Position numbers and translations under genes: made by a program. This document shows, in pieces, positions 33,322 to 43,193 of a DNA stretch of 52,091 nucleotides. Below the pieces are notes generated by a model. It searched no databases, was not told where the DNA came from, and saw only the letters and a list, made by a program, of their open reading frames with translations. The stretch comes from Conexibacter woesei (GTDB lineage Bacteria > Actinomycetota > Thermoleophilia > Solirubrobacterales > 70-9), in contig JBEBTS010000001.1 of NCBI GenBank assembly GCA_040393665.1, forward strand, positions 1-52,091, written 5' to 3'. Each line of letters opens with the position of its first letter. Position 1 is the first letter of the stretch.

Positions 33322-34758
33322 TCATCCCGATCCGAGGAAGCGTCGCGCGTGCTCCACGGCTTCCCCCGCAGTCTCGACCTCACCGGCGTACCGGGCGGCG
33401 GAGAGCTCACCGAGCAGCTCCCCCAGCTTCGGGCCCGGCTCGATCCCGAGCTCCCGGGCCAGCTCGCCGCCCCCGATCAGAGCTGCCGGCGGCCCGTCGC
33501 GGTGCCAGTCCAGGCCGTGCCCGACCATCTCCCGGGCGAGCTCCAGGTGGCCGGCGACCATCTCGCTTCCCGCGATCGACGCGGTACCGCGGGCGGCCAG
33601 CCGGTCGGCGACCGTGAGCAGGGTCACGTCGACCGAGTGCGGGTCGGTCCGATCCAGGTACGAGTAGACCTGCCGTCGGCTCAACGGCCGGTCGGCGACC
33701 ATGAACCCGAGGACCAGGTGGTCCCGGGTCAGCGCCGCGACGTAGTCCCGGAGCTTCCGGCTGGACTTGAGCCGCCCGCTGAAGACGCGGCCGATCATCT
33801 CCGCGCCCAGACGGTCGTGGCCGCGGAAGGAGACGAAGCCGTCCTCCTCCTTGCGGGTGGGCGGCTTGGCGCAGTCGTGGAACAGGGCGGCCAGGCGCAG
33901 GCCGGTGCTGCGGCTGATCCCGTCGGCCAGCGGCTCGGCCAGGTACTCGGCGGTCTCCCCCGCCCGCTCGCCGACGAAGCGGTCGAGCTCCGACTCGATC
34001 CGCAGCACGCCTTCGAGCACCTCGATCGTGTGCCCGTAGACGTCGAGGTGGTGGTTCGGGCCCTGGACCACGCCGTGCAGGGCGCCGATCTCCGGCAGCA
34101 CCGAGTCGAACAGGCCGATCGCGTCCATGCAGGCGAACCCGGAGACCGGGTCGCGGCTGGCCGTGAGCAGGCAGAGCTCGGCCAGGATCCGCTCGCCGGC
34201 GGGCTCCGCCCCGCGAGGGGCCTCCGCCCGGGCCAGGGCCGCGGTCTCCTCGTCCAGGGACCAGCCGAACTGGGCGACGAGCCGGGCGGCCCGCATCAGC
34301 CGCAGGGGGTCGTCGACGAAGGAGCGCTCCGAGCAGGCGCGGAGCACCCCGGCCTCGAGGTCGGCCAGGCCGTCGCCGGGATCGGCGCCTTCCCCGCTCA
34401 CCAGGTCGACCGCGACCGCGCCGAGGGTGAAGTCCCGCAGGCGCAGGTCCTCCTCCAGGCTGCCGCCGCGGAGCTGGGCCACGTCCACCTGCCACTCGCC
34501 CTCGCGGCCGCGCGCCCGCCACGCCGGGAACTCCTCCGACAGCTCGAAGGCGACCCCGTCGAGGGCCTTGGCGATCCGTCGCGCCGGCTCCTTCGGGGAG
34601 CCCGCAACCGCCAGGTCGAGGTCCCCCACCTCGCGCCCGAGCGCGATGTCGCGGACGGTGCCGCCCACCACCCAGGCCGGGGTGTCGCCGAGGATCTCGC
34701 GCAGCCGGGAGACCGGCGCCGTGGCAAGGGTCCGCGCGGCGACCTCAGTCAGGTTCAT
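33322..34758 (-). CDS. cca: CCA-adding enzyme / poly(A) polymerase-family nucleotidyltransferase with HD domain
   Basis: GGTVRDIALGREVGDLDLAV (GGxVRD...DxD), RDFTLGA, and the HD region LFHDCAKP. Confidence 0.85.
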   Translation of the reverse strand: MNLTEVAARTLATAPVSRLREILGDTPAWVVGGTVRDIALGREVGDLDLAVAGSPKEPARRIAKALDGVAFELSEEFPAWRARGREGEWQVDVAQLRGGSLEEDLRLRDFTLGAVAVDLVSGEGADPGDGLADLEAGVLRACSERSFVDDPLRLMRAARLVAQFGWSLDEETAALARAEAPRGAEPAGERILAELCLLTASRDPVSGFACMDAIGLFDSVLPEIGALHGVVQGPNHHLDVYGHTIEVLEGVLRIESELDRFVGERAGETAEYLAEPLADGISRSTGLRLAALFHDCAKPPTRKEEDGFVSFRGHDRLGAEMIGRVFSGRLKSSRKLRDYVAALTRDHLVLGFMVADRPLSRRQVYSYLDRTDPHSVDVTLLTVADRLAARGTASIAGSEMVAGHLELAREMVGHGLDWHRDGPPAALIGGGELARELGIEPGPKLGELLGELSAARYAGEVETAGEAVEHARRFLGSG

Positions 34759-35869
34759 TCACGCCGATCCGCGGGACCCGGGGCGAGAGTCCGCAGGTGA
34801 CCTCGTAGTTGATCGTGTCGAGCCAGCCGGCGATCTCCTCGGTCCGGATCTCGGCCCCGCCCTGGGCCCCGATCAGGGAGACCTCGTCGCCGACCTGGAC
34901 CGGGTCGCTCGGCCCCACGTCGACCGCGATGTTGTCCATCGAGACGGTGCCGACCATCGGGTAGCGGTTCCCGTTGATCAGGACCTCGCCCCGGTTCGAG
35001 AGGGCCCGCCGCACGCCGTCGCCGTAGCCGACCGGGATGGTCGCGACGCGGGTCGGGGCGTCGGCGGTCCAGGTCCGGCCGTAGCCGGCGCTCATGCCCG
35101 GCCGGAAGGGCTTGACCGAGGCGACGTAGGAGTGGAAGGAGAGCACCGGCCGGAGCCCGTGGTCGGCGGGATCGTGGCCGAACGGGTCCATGCCGTAGAT
35201 CGCGACCCCGGGCCGCACCAGGTCGAAGTGGGTGCCCGGATCGGCGATCATCGCGGCCGAGTTCGCCGCGTGGAGCCGGATCCCGGGGAACTCCTCCCGG
35301 GCTCGCTCGCCCAGGGCGGCGAGCCGGTCCCGCTGGAGGTCGCGGAAGGAGGTGTCGGCCTCGTCGGCGGTGGCGAAGTGGGTCCAGATCGCCTCCAGCC
35401 GGAGGTTCGGGTTGGCCTGGACCGACCGGGCCATCTCGAGGACCTGCTCCGGGTCGGCCGAGCCGAGGCGGCCCATGCCGGTGTCGTACTTGACGTGGAC
35501 CCCGATCTGGCCCTCGATCGCCGCGGCCTGGGTCGCCAGGGAGACGATGAAGGCCGGGTCCCAGGCGGCCACGTCGGTGCGGGCCGAGACCGCCATCTCG
35601 ATCTCCCCCGGCGCCAGCGCCCCGAGCACCAGCAGCGGGATCTCCGGCAGGATCGACCTGACCTGCACGCCCTCGCGGGCGGTCGCGACCGCGATCCGGT
35701 CCGCCCCGGACCGGGCGACCGTGGTCACGCAGTGCAGGGCGCCGTGGCCGTAGCCGTCGGCCTTGAGCACGGGGCAGAGCTCCACCCCGGGCGCGAGCCG
35801 TGACTTGAGCTCACGGCAGTTGTGGCTCAGTGCCTCGAGATCTATCCGGGCTTCGGCCCGTTCGTACAT
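34745..35869 (-). CDS. alr: alanine racemase
   Basis: PVLKADGYGHG PLP-lysine motif; 374 aa, colinear with Alr. Confidence 0.93.
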   Translation of the reverse strand: MYERAEARIDLEALSHNCRELKSRLAPGVELCPVLKADGYGHGALHCVTTVARSGADRIAVATAREGVQVRSILPEIPLLVLGALAPGEIEMAVSARTDVAAWDPAFIVSLATQAAAIEGQIGVHVKYDTGMGRLGSADPEQVLEMARSVQANPNLRLEAIWTHFATADEADTSFRDLQRDRLAALGERAREEFPGIRLHAANSAAMIADPGTHFDLVRPGVAIYGMDPFGHDPADHGLRPVLSFHSYVASVKPFRPGMSAGYGRTWTADAPTRVATIPVGYGDGVRRALSNRGEVLINGNRYPMVGTVSMDNIAVDVGPSDPVQVGDEVSLIGAQGGAEIRTEEIAGWLDTINYEVTCGLSPRVPRIGVNEPD

Positions 35870-36330
35870 CAGGCCCCGGTGAGGGCCGCCAGGACGTCGA
35901 CCCGGGTGACGACGCCCACCAGTCGGCCCTCGTCGTCGACGACGGGAAGGCGGTTGTGCGTGGAGTCCGAGATCAGCTTGCCGGCACGCTCGACCGGATC
36001 GTCCGGGGAGACGGTGATCGGGTCGGCGGTCATCATGTCGGACGCGGTGGCGGCGAAGGCCTTCTTCGCCCGCTCCTCGAAGTGCTTGGTCGACTCGAGG
36101 AACACGACCCCGCCCATGATGTTCACGTAGTGCGGCAGGTGGAAGTCCGACTTCTCGTCGGAGATGACCAGGTCGGAGTCGGTGATGATGCCGATCACCT
36201 TGTGGACCTCGTCGACCACGGGGACGCCGGGCAGGTCGTGGGTCTGCATCACGTCGATCACCTGTTTGATCCCGTCGTCAGGCGAGACGGAGGCGGGTTC
36301 ACGATCCATGATTTCGGCGACGGTCGACAT
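35869..36330 (-). CDS. CBS-domain pair protein
   Basis: 153 aa from ATG 36330 (MSTVAEIMDREP...), with two CBS repeats. The upstream 500 codons of track ORF 35869..37815 are a shadow of nnr. Confidence 0.8.
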   Translation of the reverse strand: MSTVAEIMDREPASVSPDDGIKQVIDVMQTHDLPGVPVVDEVHKVIGIITDSDLVISDEKSDFHLPHYVNIMGGVVFLESTKHFEERAKKAFAATASDMMTADPITVSPDDPVERAGKLISDSTHNRLPVVDDEGRLVGVVTRVDVLAALTGA

Positions 36331-36341
36331 GATCCGCGAGA

Positions 36342-37874
36342 TTACCCGACCTCGCGGTCGCCCGGGACCAACGCCCGCGGCAGGGCCGAGATCACGTCGG
36401 AGGCGATCACCCCGTCCGCGGTGCCGATCCGGGCCGCCGCCATCACCCCGGCCCGGGCGTGTCCGTAGACGGCGGCGCAGGCGGCGGTGAACGGATCGAC
36501 CCGCCGGGCGAGCATTGCCGCGAGCACGCCGGAGAGCACGTCGCCGGTGCCGGCGGTGGCCAGGCCGGGGGCCGGCAGGCGGTTGACGGCGACCCGCTCG
36601 CCGTCGGTGACGATCGTGTCGTCGCCCTTGAGCACGACGATCGCCCCGGTGTCGCGGGCGAGCTCCCGGGCGGAGTCGAGGCGGCGGGCCTCGACCTGGG
36701 CCGAGCGCAGACCGAGCAGCCGGCCCATCTCGCCCGGGTGCGGGGTGAGCACGGTCGCCGCGGTGCGGGACCGGATCGGCTCCAGCGAGGTGCCGGTCGC
36801 GCTCAGGCCGTCGGCGTCCACGACCAGAGGCGCCCCGATCCCCAGGGTCAGCGCCGCGACCAGCTCGCCTCGCCGCGCGCCCCGGCCGAGACCCGACCCG
36901 AGGATCGCCGCGTCGGCGCCCCGGCAGTGGTCGAGGATGGCCCCGACGGCGTCGGGCGAAAGCTCGCGGGCGTCGCCGCCGACCCCGGCGGTCATGACCT
37001 CGGTCAGCTTGACCTCGAAGATCGGCTCGAGCCCGCCCGGCACGGCGGCGGTGGCGTAGCCGGCACCGGAGCGGATCGCCGCCTCCGCCGCCAGGCAGAC
37101 CGCGCCGGTCAGGCCGGCGGAGCCGCCGACCACCGAGACCCGGCCGGAGGTGAACTTGTTGGACCCGGGGCCGCGCCGGGGCAGCAGCTCGAGCACCGCC
37201 GGCCCCAGCGCGCCGACCTCGGCCTGCGGCGCGCCGTCCGGGATGCCGATGTCGACGACCTCGACCGGGCCGCATCGCCCCTTGCCGGGAGCGATCAGGT
37301 GCCCCAGCTTCAAGCCGTGGAAGGTGACGGTGGCGTCCGCCCGCACCGAGAGGCCAGCCTGCCCGGTCGAGCCGTCGACCCCGGACGGGAGGTCGCAAGC
37401 CAACACCGGGCAGGGAGAGTGGTTGATCGCGCGGATCGCCGCGGCGACCGGATCCCGGGGCTCGCCGGAGAAACCGGTGCCGAGCAGCGCGTCGATCACG
37501 AGCGCGAACCCGTCGAGCAGCTCGGCGCCGGGCGACCCATCCAGCTCGGCCACCGTTCCCGCGGGCAGCCGATCCAGGTTCGCCCGCGAGTCCGGGCTCA
37601 GCTCGTCGCCGGGCCACAGCAGGAAGACCCGGACCGGATGGCCGGCCTCGAGCAGGTGACGGGCCGCGACCAGGGCGTCTCCCCCGTTGTTCCCCTTGCC
37701 ACAGAGGATCGCGACCGAGCCCTGCCCCGCCATCCGCGAAGCCGCCTCGGCCAGGCTGCGGCCGGCCGACTCCATCAGGGTCAGCGAGGGCACCCCGGCG
37801 ACCTCGATCGCCCACCGGTCGGCGGCGGCCATCCCGGACGCGTCGAACACCGGGTCGAGCCAGTCCGGCCTCAT
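36342..37874 (-). CDS. nnr: bifunctional NAD(P)H-hydrate epimerase / ADP-dependent dehydratase
   Basis: N-terminal YjeF_N (ILCGKGNNGGDALVAA) plus a C-terminal carbohydrate-kinase-like domain (GTGDVLSG). Confidence 0.9.
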   Translation of the reverse strand: MRPDWLDPVFDASGMAAADRWAIEVAGVPSLTLMESAGRSLAEAASRMAGQGSVAILCGKGNNGGDALVAARHLLEAGHPVRVFLLWPGDELSPDSRANLDRLPAGTVAELDGSPGAELLDGFALVIDALLGTGFSGEPRDPVAAAIRAINHSPCPVLACDLPSGVDGSTGQAGLSVRADATVTFHGLKLGHLIAPGKGRCGPVEVVDIGIPDGAPQAEVGALGPAVLELLPRRGPGSNKFTSGRVSVVGGSAGLTGAVCLAAEAAIRSGAGYATAAVPGGLEPIFEVKLTEVMTAGVGGDARELSPDAVGAILDHCRGADAAILGSGLGRGARRGELVAALTLGIGAPLVVDADGLSATGTSLEPIRSRTAATVLTPHPGEMGRLLGLRSAQVEARRLDSARELARDTGAIVVLKGDDTIVTDGERVAVNRLPAPGLATAGTGDVLSGVLAAMLARRVDPFTAACAAVYGHARAGVMAAARIGTADGVIASDVISALPRALVPGDREVG

Positions 37875-37875
37875 C

Positions 37876-38232
37876 TCAGGCGGCCTCCGCCACCGCGACC
37901 GCCCCCGCCATCTCCCGGGAGTGGGTCAGGCTGAGGTGGATCTCGACGCCCGGCGAGCCCGCCGCCACGTCGCCGTGCATGCGGATCCCGGGCGGCGCTC
38001 CGGGGATCACCTCGATCTCCCGCAGGTCGGTGCCGGGGCCGAGCGCCAGCGCCTTGACCACCGCCTCCTTCGCGGCGAACCGGGCCGCGAGATGCTGCCC
38101 GGGCCGGGCGCGGCCGGAGGCGTACTCCTGCTCGGCCGCGGTGAAGAGCCGGTCCGCGAGGCGGGGATGGCGATCGAGGGCACGCTCGATCCGAGCGATC
38201 TCGATCAGGTCCATCCCCACCCCGGCGGTCAC
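37876..38232 (-). CDS. acpS: holo-[acyl-carrier-protein] synthase
   Basis: MTAGVGMDLIEIARIERA...FAAKEAVVKAL. Confidence 0.9.
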   Translation of the reverse strand: MTAGVGMDLIEIARIERALDRHPRLADRLFTAAEQEYASGRARPGQHLAARFAAKEAVVKALALGPGTDLREIEVIPGAPPGIRMHGDVAAGSPGVEIHLSLTHSREMAGAVAVAEAA

Positions 38233-38236
38233 CGGG

Positions 38237-39868
38237 TCAGTCCTTCAGGCCGAGGTTGAGCTCGAACGAGTTGTCCTCCTCGCCCGATCCGGAGGCGAGG
38301 TACTCGAACTTGCCGAGGATCTCGGTCGCCTTGCTCGCGCTCGGGTCGCCGCCGGCGACGCCGGAGATCAGGTCGGCCAGTGCCGTCGGATCGCCGAACA
38401 TGTCGATCCCGTCGCCCGGGATGGACTCGTCCGCGGCCTGGAACGCCGGGGAGGCCGAGAGCGGCGTGCCGCTCTGCTTGAGGGCCTGACGGGCGGCCGG
38501 CATGCCGACGGCGATGACCAGGCGGTCCTTGCCCACGGCGATCACGATCGGACGGCCCGGCAGCTGGTCGGTGGAGACCCGGAAGCCGGTCATCCCGCCG
38601 CCCAGCGGCTTCACGTCCGCGTCGTCGGCGAGCGCCATCAGCGAGGAGAACGCCTTGAGCGAGCTCTCGATCGGCTTGATGTCGGAGCTGGTGGCGACCA
38701 GGGCGCCGCCGAGGCTCTTCACCGAGTCGCCGCTGACGAACAGGCCGACGGTCTCCAGGTTCTCGATCAGGGACCGCACGTCGATGCCCTGCTGGGAGAT
38801 CTGGTCGAGGAACTTGTCCAGCTCACCGGGCTTGAGGACCCCCTTGATCCCCTCCTTGTTCAGGGCCTCCATCACCTTGGTGGCGTTCGCGCCGACGTCA
38901 CCGCTGCCGGTGGCGAAGACGGTGTTGGCCGGGAAGGTCTTGATCAGCTCCGACGGGTCGCCGCTCTCCAGCTCGGAGCTGCCCCCGTTGACGCCGCGGA
39001 TCGAGATCTCGTCCTCGTCCGGGACCAGGCTGATGATCATGCCCGTGCCCTCGAGGTCCAGGCCCAGCGCCTTGTAGAAGCCGCCGAGGTCGTATCCGCC
39101 CTCGACTCCCGTCGAGGTGAGCGCGTCGTTGGACAGGTACACGTTGAGCAGGCTGTCGTCGGCGGCCTTGTCGGCCACCGAGGAGAAGGCGTCGGTGCCG
39201 TCGAGGGAGTCGCCCTTCGACGCGTCGACCATCGCCTTGAACACGTCCTCGTCGGACGAGGCCACGACGTTGTCGTCGACGATGCCGACCACGGAGTCGT
39301 CGTCCTTGCTGACCTTGTACGAGAAGCCTTCGTACTCGCCGTCGGTGGCGCCGCCATCCTCCTTCGAGACCTTGTCGATGAAGGCCTCGGCCGCGTCGAC
39401 GTCGGTGGTCTGGGCGACCAGGCCGAAGGGCTGCTCATCCTTCGCGAGCGCGGTCACGGCGCCGCTCTTCGAGTCGACGGCCGCCGTCATCGCGGCCTCG
39501 GTGAGCGACCCGGACGAGAGGCTGCCCAGATCGAAGGTGGTGAACAGGCCGGCTGACTCGCCGAGCCACGGCTTGACGTCGGCCTCGAAGTCGATGTCGG
39601 ACTCGTTGGACGAGGCGATCGCCTGCTTGATCGTGTCGCCGAGGGTCTCGCCGGTCAGCTTCTCGGTGATCGAGTCGACGTCGGCGGCGAGGTCACCCTC
39701 CGGCTGGACGGTTCCCTCGATGAAGACGGGGGCGTCAGCCGGGACGTACTTGGCGAGCTCTGCGGTTGAGGACGAGTCGTCGGACCCGCCACAGGCGGCC
39801 AGCGCGACCGAGGCGACGGCGGCGGTGACCAGGGACGGGATCACGAATCTCTTGGGATGCTTGAACAT
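38237..39868 (-). CDS. large acidic lipoprotein, DUF3352-like
   Basis: Signal peptide with lipobox LAACGGS; 543 aa, Asp/Ser-rich. The family name is recalled from memory and unverified. Confidence 0.7.
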   Translation of the reverse strand: MFKHPKRFVIPSLVTAAVASVALAACGGSDDSSSTAELAKYVPADAPVFIEGTVQPEGDLAADVDSITEKLTGETLGDTIKQAIASSNESDIDFEADVKPWLGESAGLFTTFDLGSLSSGSLTEAAMTAAVDSKSGAVTALAKDEQPFGLVAQTTDVDAAEAFIDKVSKEDGGATDGEYEGFSYKVSKDDDSVVGIVDDNVVASSDEDVFKAMVDASKGDSLDGTDAFSSVADKAADDSLLNVYLSNDALTSTGVEGGYDLGGFYKALGLDLEGTGMIISLVPDEDEISIRGVNGGSSELESGDPSELIKTFPANTVFATGSGDVGANATKVMEALNKEGIKGVLKPGELDKFLDQISQQGIDVRSLIENLETVGLFVSGDSVKSLGGALVATSSDIKPIESSLKAFSSLMALADDADVKPLGGGMTGFRVSTDQLPGRPIVIAVGKDRLVIAVGMPAARQALKQSGTPLSASPAFQAADESIPGDGIDMFGDPTALADLISGVAGGDPSASKATEILGKFEYLASGSGEEDNSFELNLGLKD

Positions 39869-39959
39869 GCCGCCATGCTACCGGCGGCCCTTGCGAATAC
39901 CTTGCGGGCCGGCGATCCGCGGCCGGGGCCGCGCCCGCCGTGGGCGAGCCGCCTCGGGG

Positions 39960-41819
39960 CTACTCGACCGTGACCGTCTTGGCGAGGTTGCGGGGCTGAT
40001 CCACGTTCAGCCCGTTCAGGCGGGCGACGTGGTAGGCCAGCAGCTGTAGCGGCAGGATCGCGACCAGCGGCTGGAGCACCCAGTCGGTGACCGGCACGGT
40101 GATCGTCTCGTCGGCGACGCGCTCGACCCGGTCGGACCCCTCGGTCGCGACCGCGATCGTGTCGGCCCCGCGGGCCCGGACCTCCTCGACGTTGGAGAGC
40201 ACCTTGTCGAGGATCGGGCTGTCGGTGGCGACGCAGACGACCGGGGTCGACTCGTCCAGCAGGGCGATCGGGCCGTGCTTCATCTCGCCGGCCGCGTAGG
40301 CGTCGGTCGGGATGTAGGAGACCTCCTTCAGCTTGAGCGCGCCCTCGAGGCAGACCGGGAGGCCGATGTGGCGGCCGAGGTACAGGAAGAACTTCTGGTC
40401 GGCGTGCCGCTCGGCGACCTTGAGCACGCTCGCCGAGACGGAGTCGATCGTCCGCTCCATCTTGTCCGGGATCGCCTTGAGCTCGGCGACCAGGTTCGCG
40501 ATCTCCTCCGGCGGCAGGCTGCCGCGCAGCTCGGCCAGGCGGAGCGCCAGCAGGTACATGGCCGCCACCTGGGCGACGTAGGTCTTGGTCGCGGCCACGC
40601 CGATCTCCAGGCCGGCGCGCGTGTAGAGCACGGCGTCGCTGTCCCGGGTCGCCTGCGAGCCCATGATGTTGGTGACCGCGAGCACGGTCGCTCCGGCCTC
40701 GCGGGCCAGCCGCATCGCCGCCAGGGTGTCGGCGGTCTCGCCCGACTGGGTGATGCCGATGACCAGGTCCCCCGGACCGATCACCGGGTCGCGGTACCGG
40801 TACTCGGAGGCGATGTCCATCTCGACCGGGACCCGCGCCCACCGCTCGATCGCGTACCGGCCGACCAGGCCGGCGTGGTACGAGGTGCCGCAGGCGACGA
40901 CCACGATCCGCTTGAGGCCGGCCAGGAACTCGTCGGAGAGGTCGACGTCGGAGAGGTCCACGCCGTCGTCGTGCGGCAGTCGGTCGAGGATCGTCTCGGC
41001 GATCGCCTCCGGCTGCTCGTGGATCTCCTTCATCATGAAGGTGTCGTAGCCGCCCTTCTCGGCCGCCTCCTCGTCCCAGGTGACCTCCTCGGCCTCCCGT
41101 TCGACCGGGTCGCCTTCGGCGGTGGTGATCGTGATCCCGTCCGGGGTCACGGTGACGATCTCGCCGTTCTCGATCGCCATCACGCGCCGGGTCTCGGCCA
41201 TGAAGGCGGGGATCGCGGAGGCGACGAAGTGCTCGCCCTCGCCCACTCCGACGATCAGCGGGCACTCCTTGCGGGCGCCGACCAGCACCCCGGGAGAGTC
41301 GGCGTGGAGGGCGACGATCGAGTAGTGGCCCCGCAGCTCGGCGTAGGCGGCGCGGACGGCGGCGGTCAGGTCCCCGGCGTAGTGGCGGCTGATCAGGTGG
41401 GCGACCACCTCGGCGTCGGTCTCGGAGCTGAAGACGCATCCCCCCGCCTCGAGCTCGGCCCGCAGGTCGGCGTGGTTCTCCACGATCCCGTTGAGCACGA
41501 TCTGGACGTCCCCGGACTCGTCGGAGTGCGGGTGGGCGTTGGCGACCGTCACGCGGCCGTGGGTGGCCCAGCGGGTGTGGGCGATGCCGGTGAAGCTGCC
41601 GTCGGCCGTGGGCCGCTCGGCCGCGGCCGTCAGGTCGGATCCGTCGAGGGCGTCCCGGAGCTTCGCCAGGTTCCCGACGGCGCGGACCTTCTCCACCCCA
41701 TCCGGGATCAGCATCGCGACCCCGGCGGAGTCATACCCCCGGTATTCGAGCTTCTCCAACCCCGCCACGAGGATGTCCTCGCAGGGCCGACCGCCGACGT
41801 ATCCGATGATTCCGCACAT
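39960..41819 (-). CDS. glmS: glutamine--fructose-6-phosphate aminotransferase
   Basis: MCGIIGYVG N-terminal nucleophile, two SIS domains, C-terminal ...NLAKTVTVE. Confidence 0.97.
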   Translation of the reverse strand: MCGIIGYVGGRPCEDILVAGLEKLEYRGYDSAGVAMLIPDGVEKVRAVGNLAKLRDALDGSDLTAAAERPTADGSFTGIAHTRWATHGRVTVANAHPHSDESGDVQIVLNGIVENHADLRAELEAGGCVFSSETDAEVVAHLISRHYAGDLTAAVRAAYAELRGHYSIVALHADSPGVLVGARKECPLIVGVGEGEHFVASAIPAFMAETRRVMAIENGEIVTVTPDGITITTAEGDPVEREAEEVTWDEEAAEKGGYDTFMMKEIHEQPEAIAETILDRLPHDDGVDLSDVDLSDEFLAGLKRIVVVACGTSYHAGLVGRYAIERWARVPVEMDIASEYRYRDPVIGPGDLVIGITQSGETADTLAAMRLAREAGATVLAVTNIMGSQATRDSDAVLYTRAGLEIGVAATKTYVAQVAAMYLLALRLAELRGSLPPEEIANLVAELKAIPDKMERTIDSVSASVLKVAERHADQKFFLYLGRHIGLPVCLEGALKLKEVSYIPTDAYAAGEMKHGPIALLDESTPVVCVATDSPILDKVLSNVEEVRARGADTIAVATEGSDRVERVADETITVPVTDWVLQPLVAILPLQLLAYHVARLNGLNVDQPRNLAKTVTVE

Positions 41820-41858
41820 GAACGCTAAAGGCTACTCAGCCGGGCAGGCGAAGCGAGC

Positions 41859-43181
41859 TCAGCCGAGCTCGGACCGGACCAGATCGGCGAGCTCGCCGCA
41901 GATCCGGTCGGCGTCCTCGGCGGTCTCCGCCTCGACCATCACCCGCACCATCGGCTCGGTCCCGGAGGGCCGGATCAGCACCCGGCCGTGACCTTCGAGC
42001 TCGGCGTTGGTCCGCTCGACCGCCGACCACACGGCCTCCGCCCCGGCGATCGCCTCGCGGTCGGCCACGGTCACGTTGATCAGCTTCTGGGGCAGCTTCT
42101 CCATCACGCCCGAGCCCGCGAGATCGCGTCCGTCGAGCGCCTGCAGGGTCATAAGCGCGGCCGCGATCCCGTCGCCGGTCGGCGCGTAGTCGGCGGAGAT
42201 GATGTGGCCGGACTGCTCGCCCCCTAGAGTCCATCCCTTCTCCTTCAGGGCGGCCACCACGTAACGGTCCCCGACCTTGGTCACCTCGACCTCGACCCCG
42301 GCGTCCACCATCGCCTGGTGGAAGCCGTAGTTGGTCATCACGGTGACCGCGACCCCGCCTTCGAGCGTCCCGCGCCGGTGGCGGTCGACCGCGACCAGGG
42401 CGATCATCTCGTCCCCGTCGAAGACCTTTCCGTCGCCGTCGACGGCCAGCACGCGGTCGCCGTCGCCGTCGAAGGCGAAGCCGATCGCGGCCTCGGACGA
42501 CCCGACGTGGGCCGCCAGGGCCTCGATCGAGGTCGAGCCGCAGCCGGCGTTGATGTTGCGTCCGTCGGGCTCGTCCGCCAGCACCTCGACCTCCGCTCCG
42601 AGCCGGGTGAAGATCTCGCGGGCGACCCGGTAGGTCGCCCCGTTGGCGCAGTCGAGCGCGATCCGCCGCCCGGTGAGGTCGAGCCGGAAGTGGTCGGCCA
42701 GGGCGCGCACGTAGTCCTGCTCGGCCGCCTCGAGGGTGGTGATCCGACCGGGCCGCTCGGCCGGGGCCGGGGGCTCGTGGATCAGGGCCTCGACCCGGGC
42801 CTCGGTCGCGTCGTCGAGCTTGCCGCCGTCACCGGCGAACAGCTTGATCCCGTTGTCGTGGAACGGGTTGTGCGAGGCGGACACGACGGCCGCCATGTCG
42901 AAGCCGTACTTCCGTGAGAGCAGCGCCGCCGACGGGGTCGGCAGGATCCCGCCGAGCAACACGTCGCCGCCGGCCTCGGTGACTCCCGCGGCCAGGGCCG
43001 ATTCGAGCATCGGCCCGGACTCGCGGGTGTCCCGGATGATCAGCACCCGGGGTCGTTCGACCCCGAGCGCGGCGGTGCCGGCCCGGCCGATGGCCAGGGC
43101 CAGCTCCGCATTCAGTTTTTCCCCTACGCGACCCCGGACACCGTCGGTGCCGAAGAGAGTGCGTACCGGGGCAGCCAGGAT
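41859..43181 (-). CDS. glmM: phosphoglucosamine mutase (start codon non-canonical or unresolved)
   Basis: Active-site SASHNP is present. The conserved N-terminal LFGTDGVRG is encoded upstream of the first ATG/GTG/TTG (GTG 43046), in frame with and 13 codons after the rpsI TAG. Candidate starts are ATC 43181 (7 nt after AAAGG) and CTG 43178. Confidence 0.85.
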   Translation of the reverse strand: MLAAPVRTLFGTDGVRGRVGEKLNAELALAIGRAGTAALGVERPRVLIIRDTRESGPMLESALAAGVTEAGGDVLLGGILPTPSAALLSRKYGFDMAAVVSASHNPFHDNGIKLFAGDGGKLDDATEARVEALIHEPPAPAERPGRITTLEAAEQDYVRALADHFRLDLTGRRIALDCANGATYRVAREIFTRLGAEVEVLADEPDGRNINAGCGSTSIEALAAHVGSSEAAIGFAFDGDGDRVLAVDGDGKVFDGDEMIALVAVDRHRRGTLEGGVAVTVMTNYGFHQAMVDAGVEVEVTKVGDRYVVAALKEKGWTLGGEQSGHIISADYAPTGDGIAAALMTLQALDGRDLAGSGVMEKLPQKLINVTVADREAIAGAEAVWSAVERTNAELEGHGRVLIRPSGTEPMVRVMVEAETAEDADRICGELADLVRSELG

Positions 43182-43193
43182 CCCGGCGCCTTT

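Noticed and set aside
35869-37815. 648-aa minus-strand ORF spanning the nnr region.
   Set aside because: Only the last 153 codons (the CBS pair, from ATG 36330) look coding. The rest is an Arg/Gly/Pro shadow of the nnr frame (36342..37874), which carries the real YjeF motifs.
41820-41858. glmS ribozyme upstream of glmS.
   Set aside because: Only 39 nt separate glmS from the glmM stop. That is far too short for the ~170-nt ribozyme, and none of its conserved core sequence is visible.
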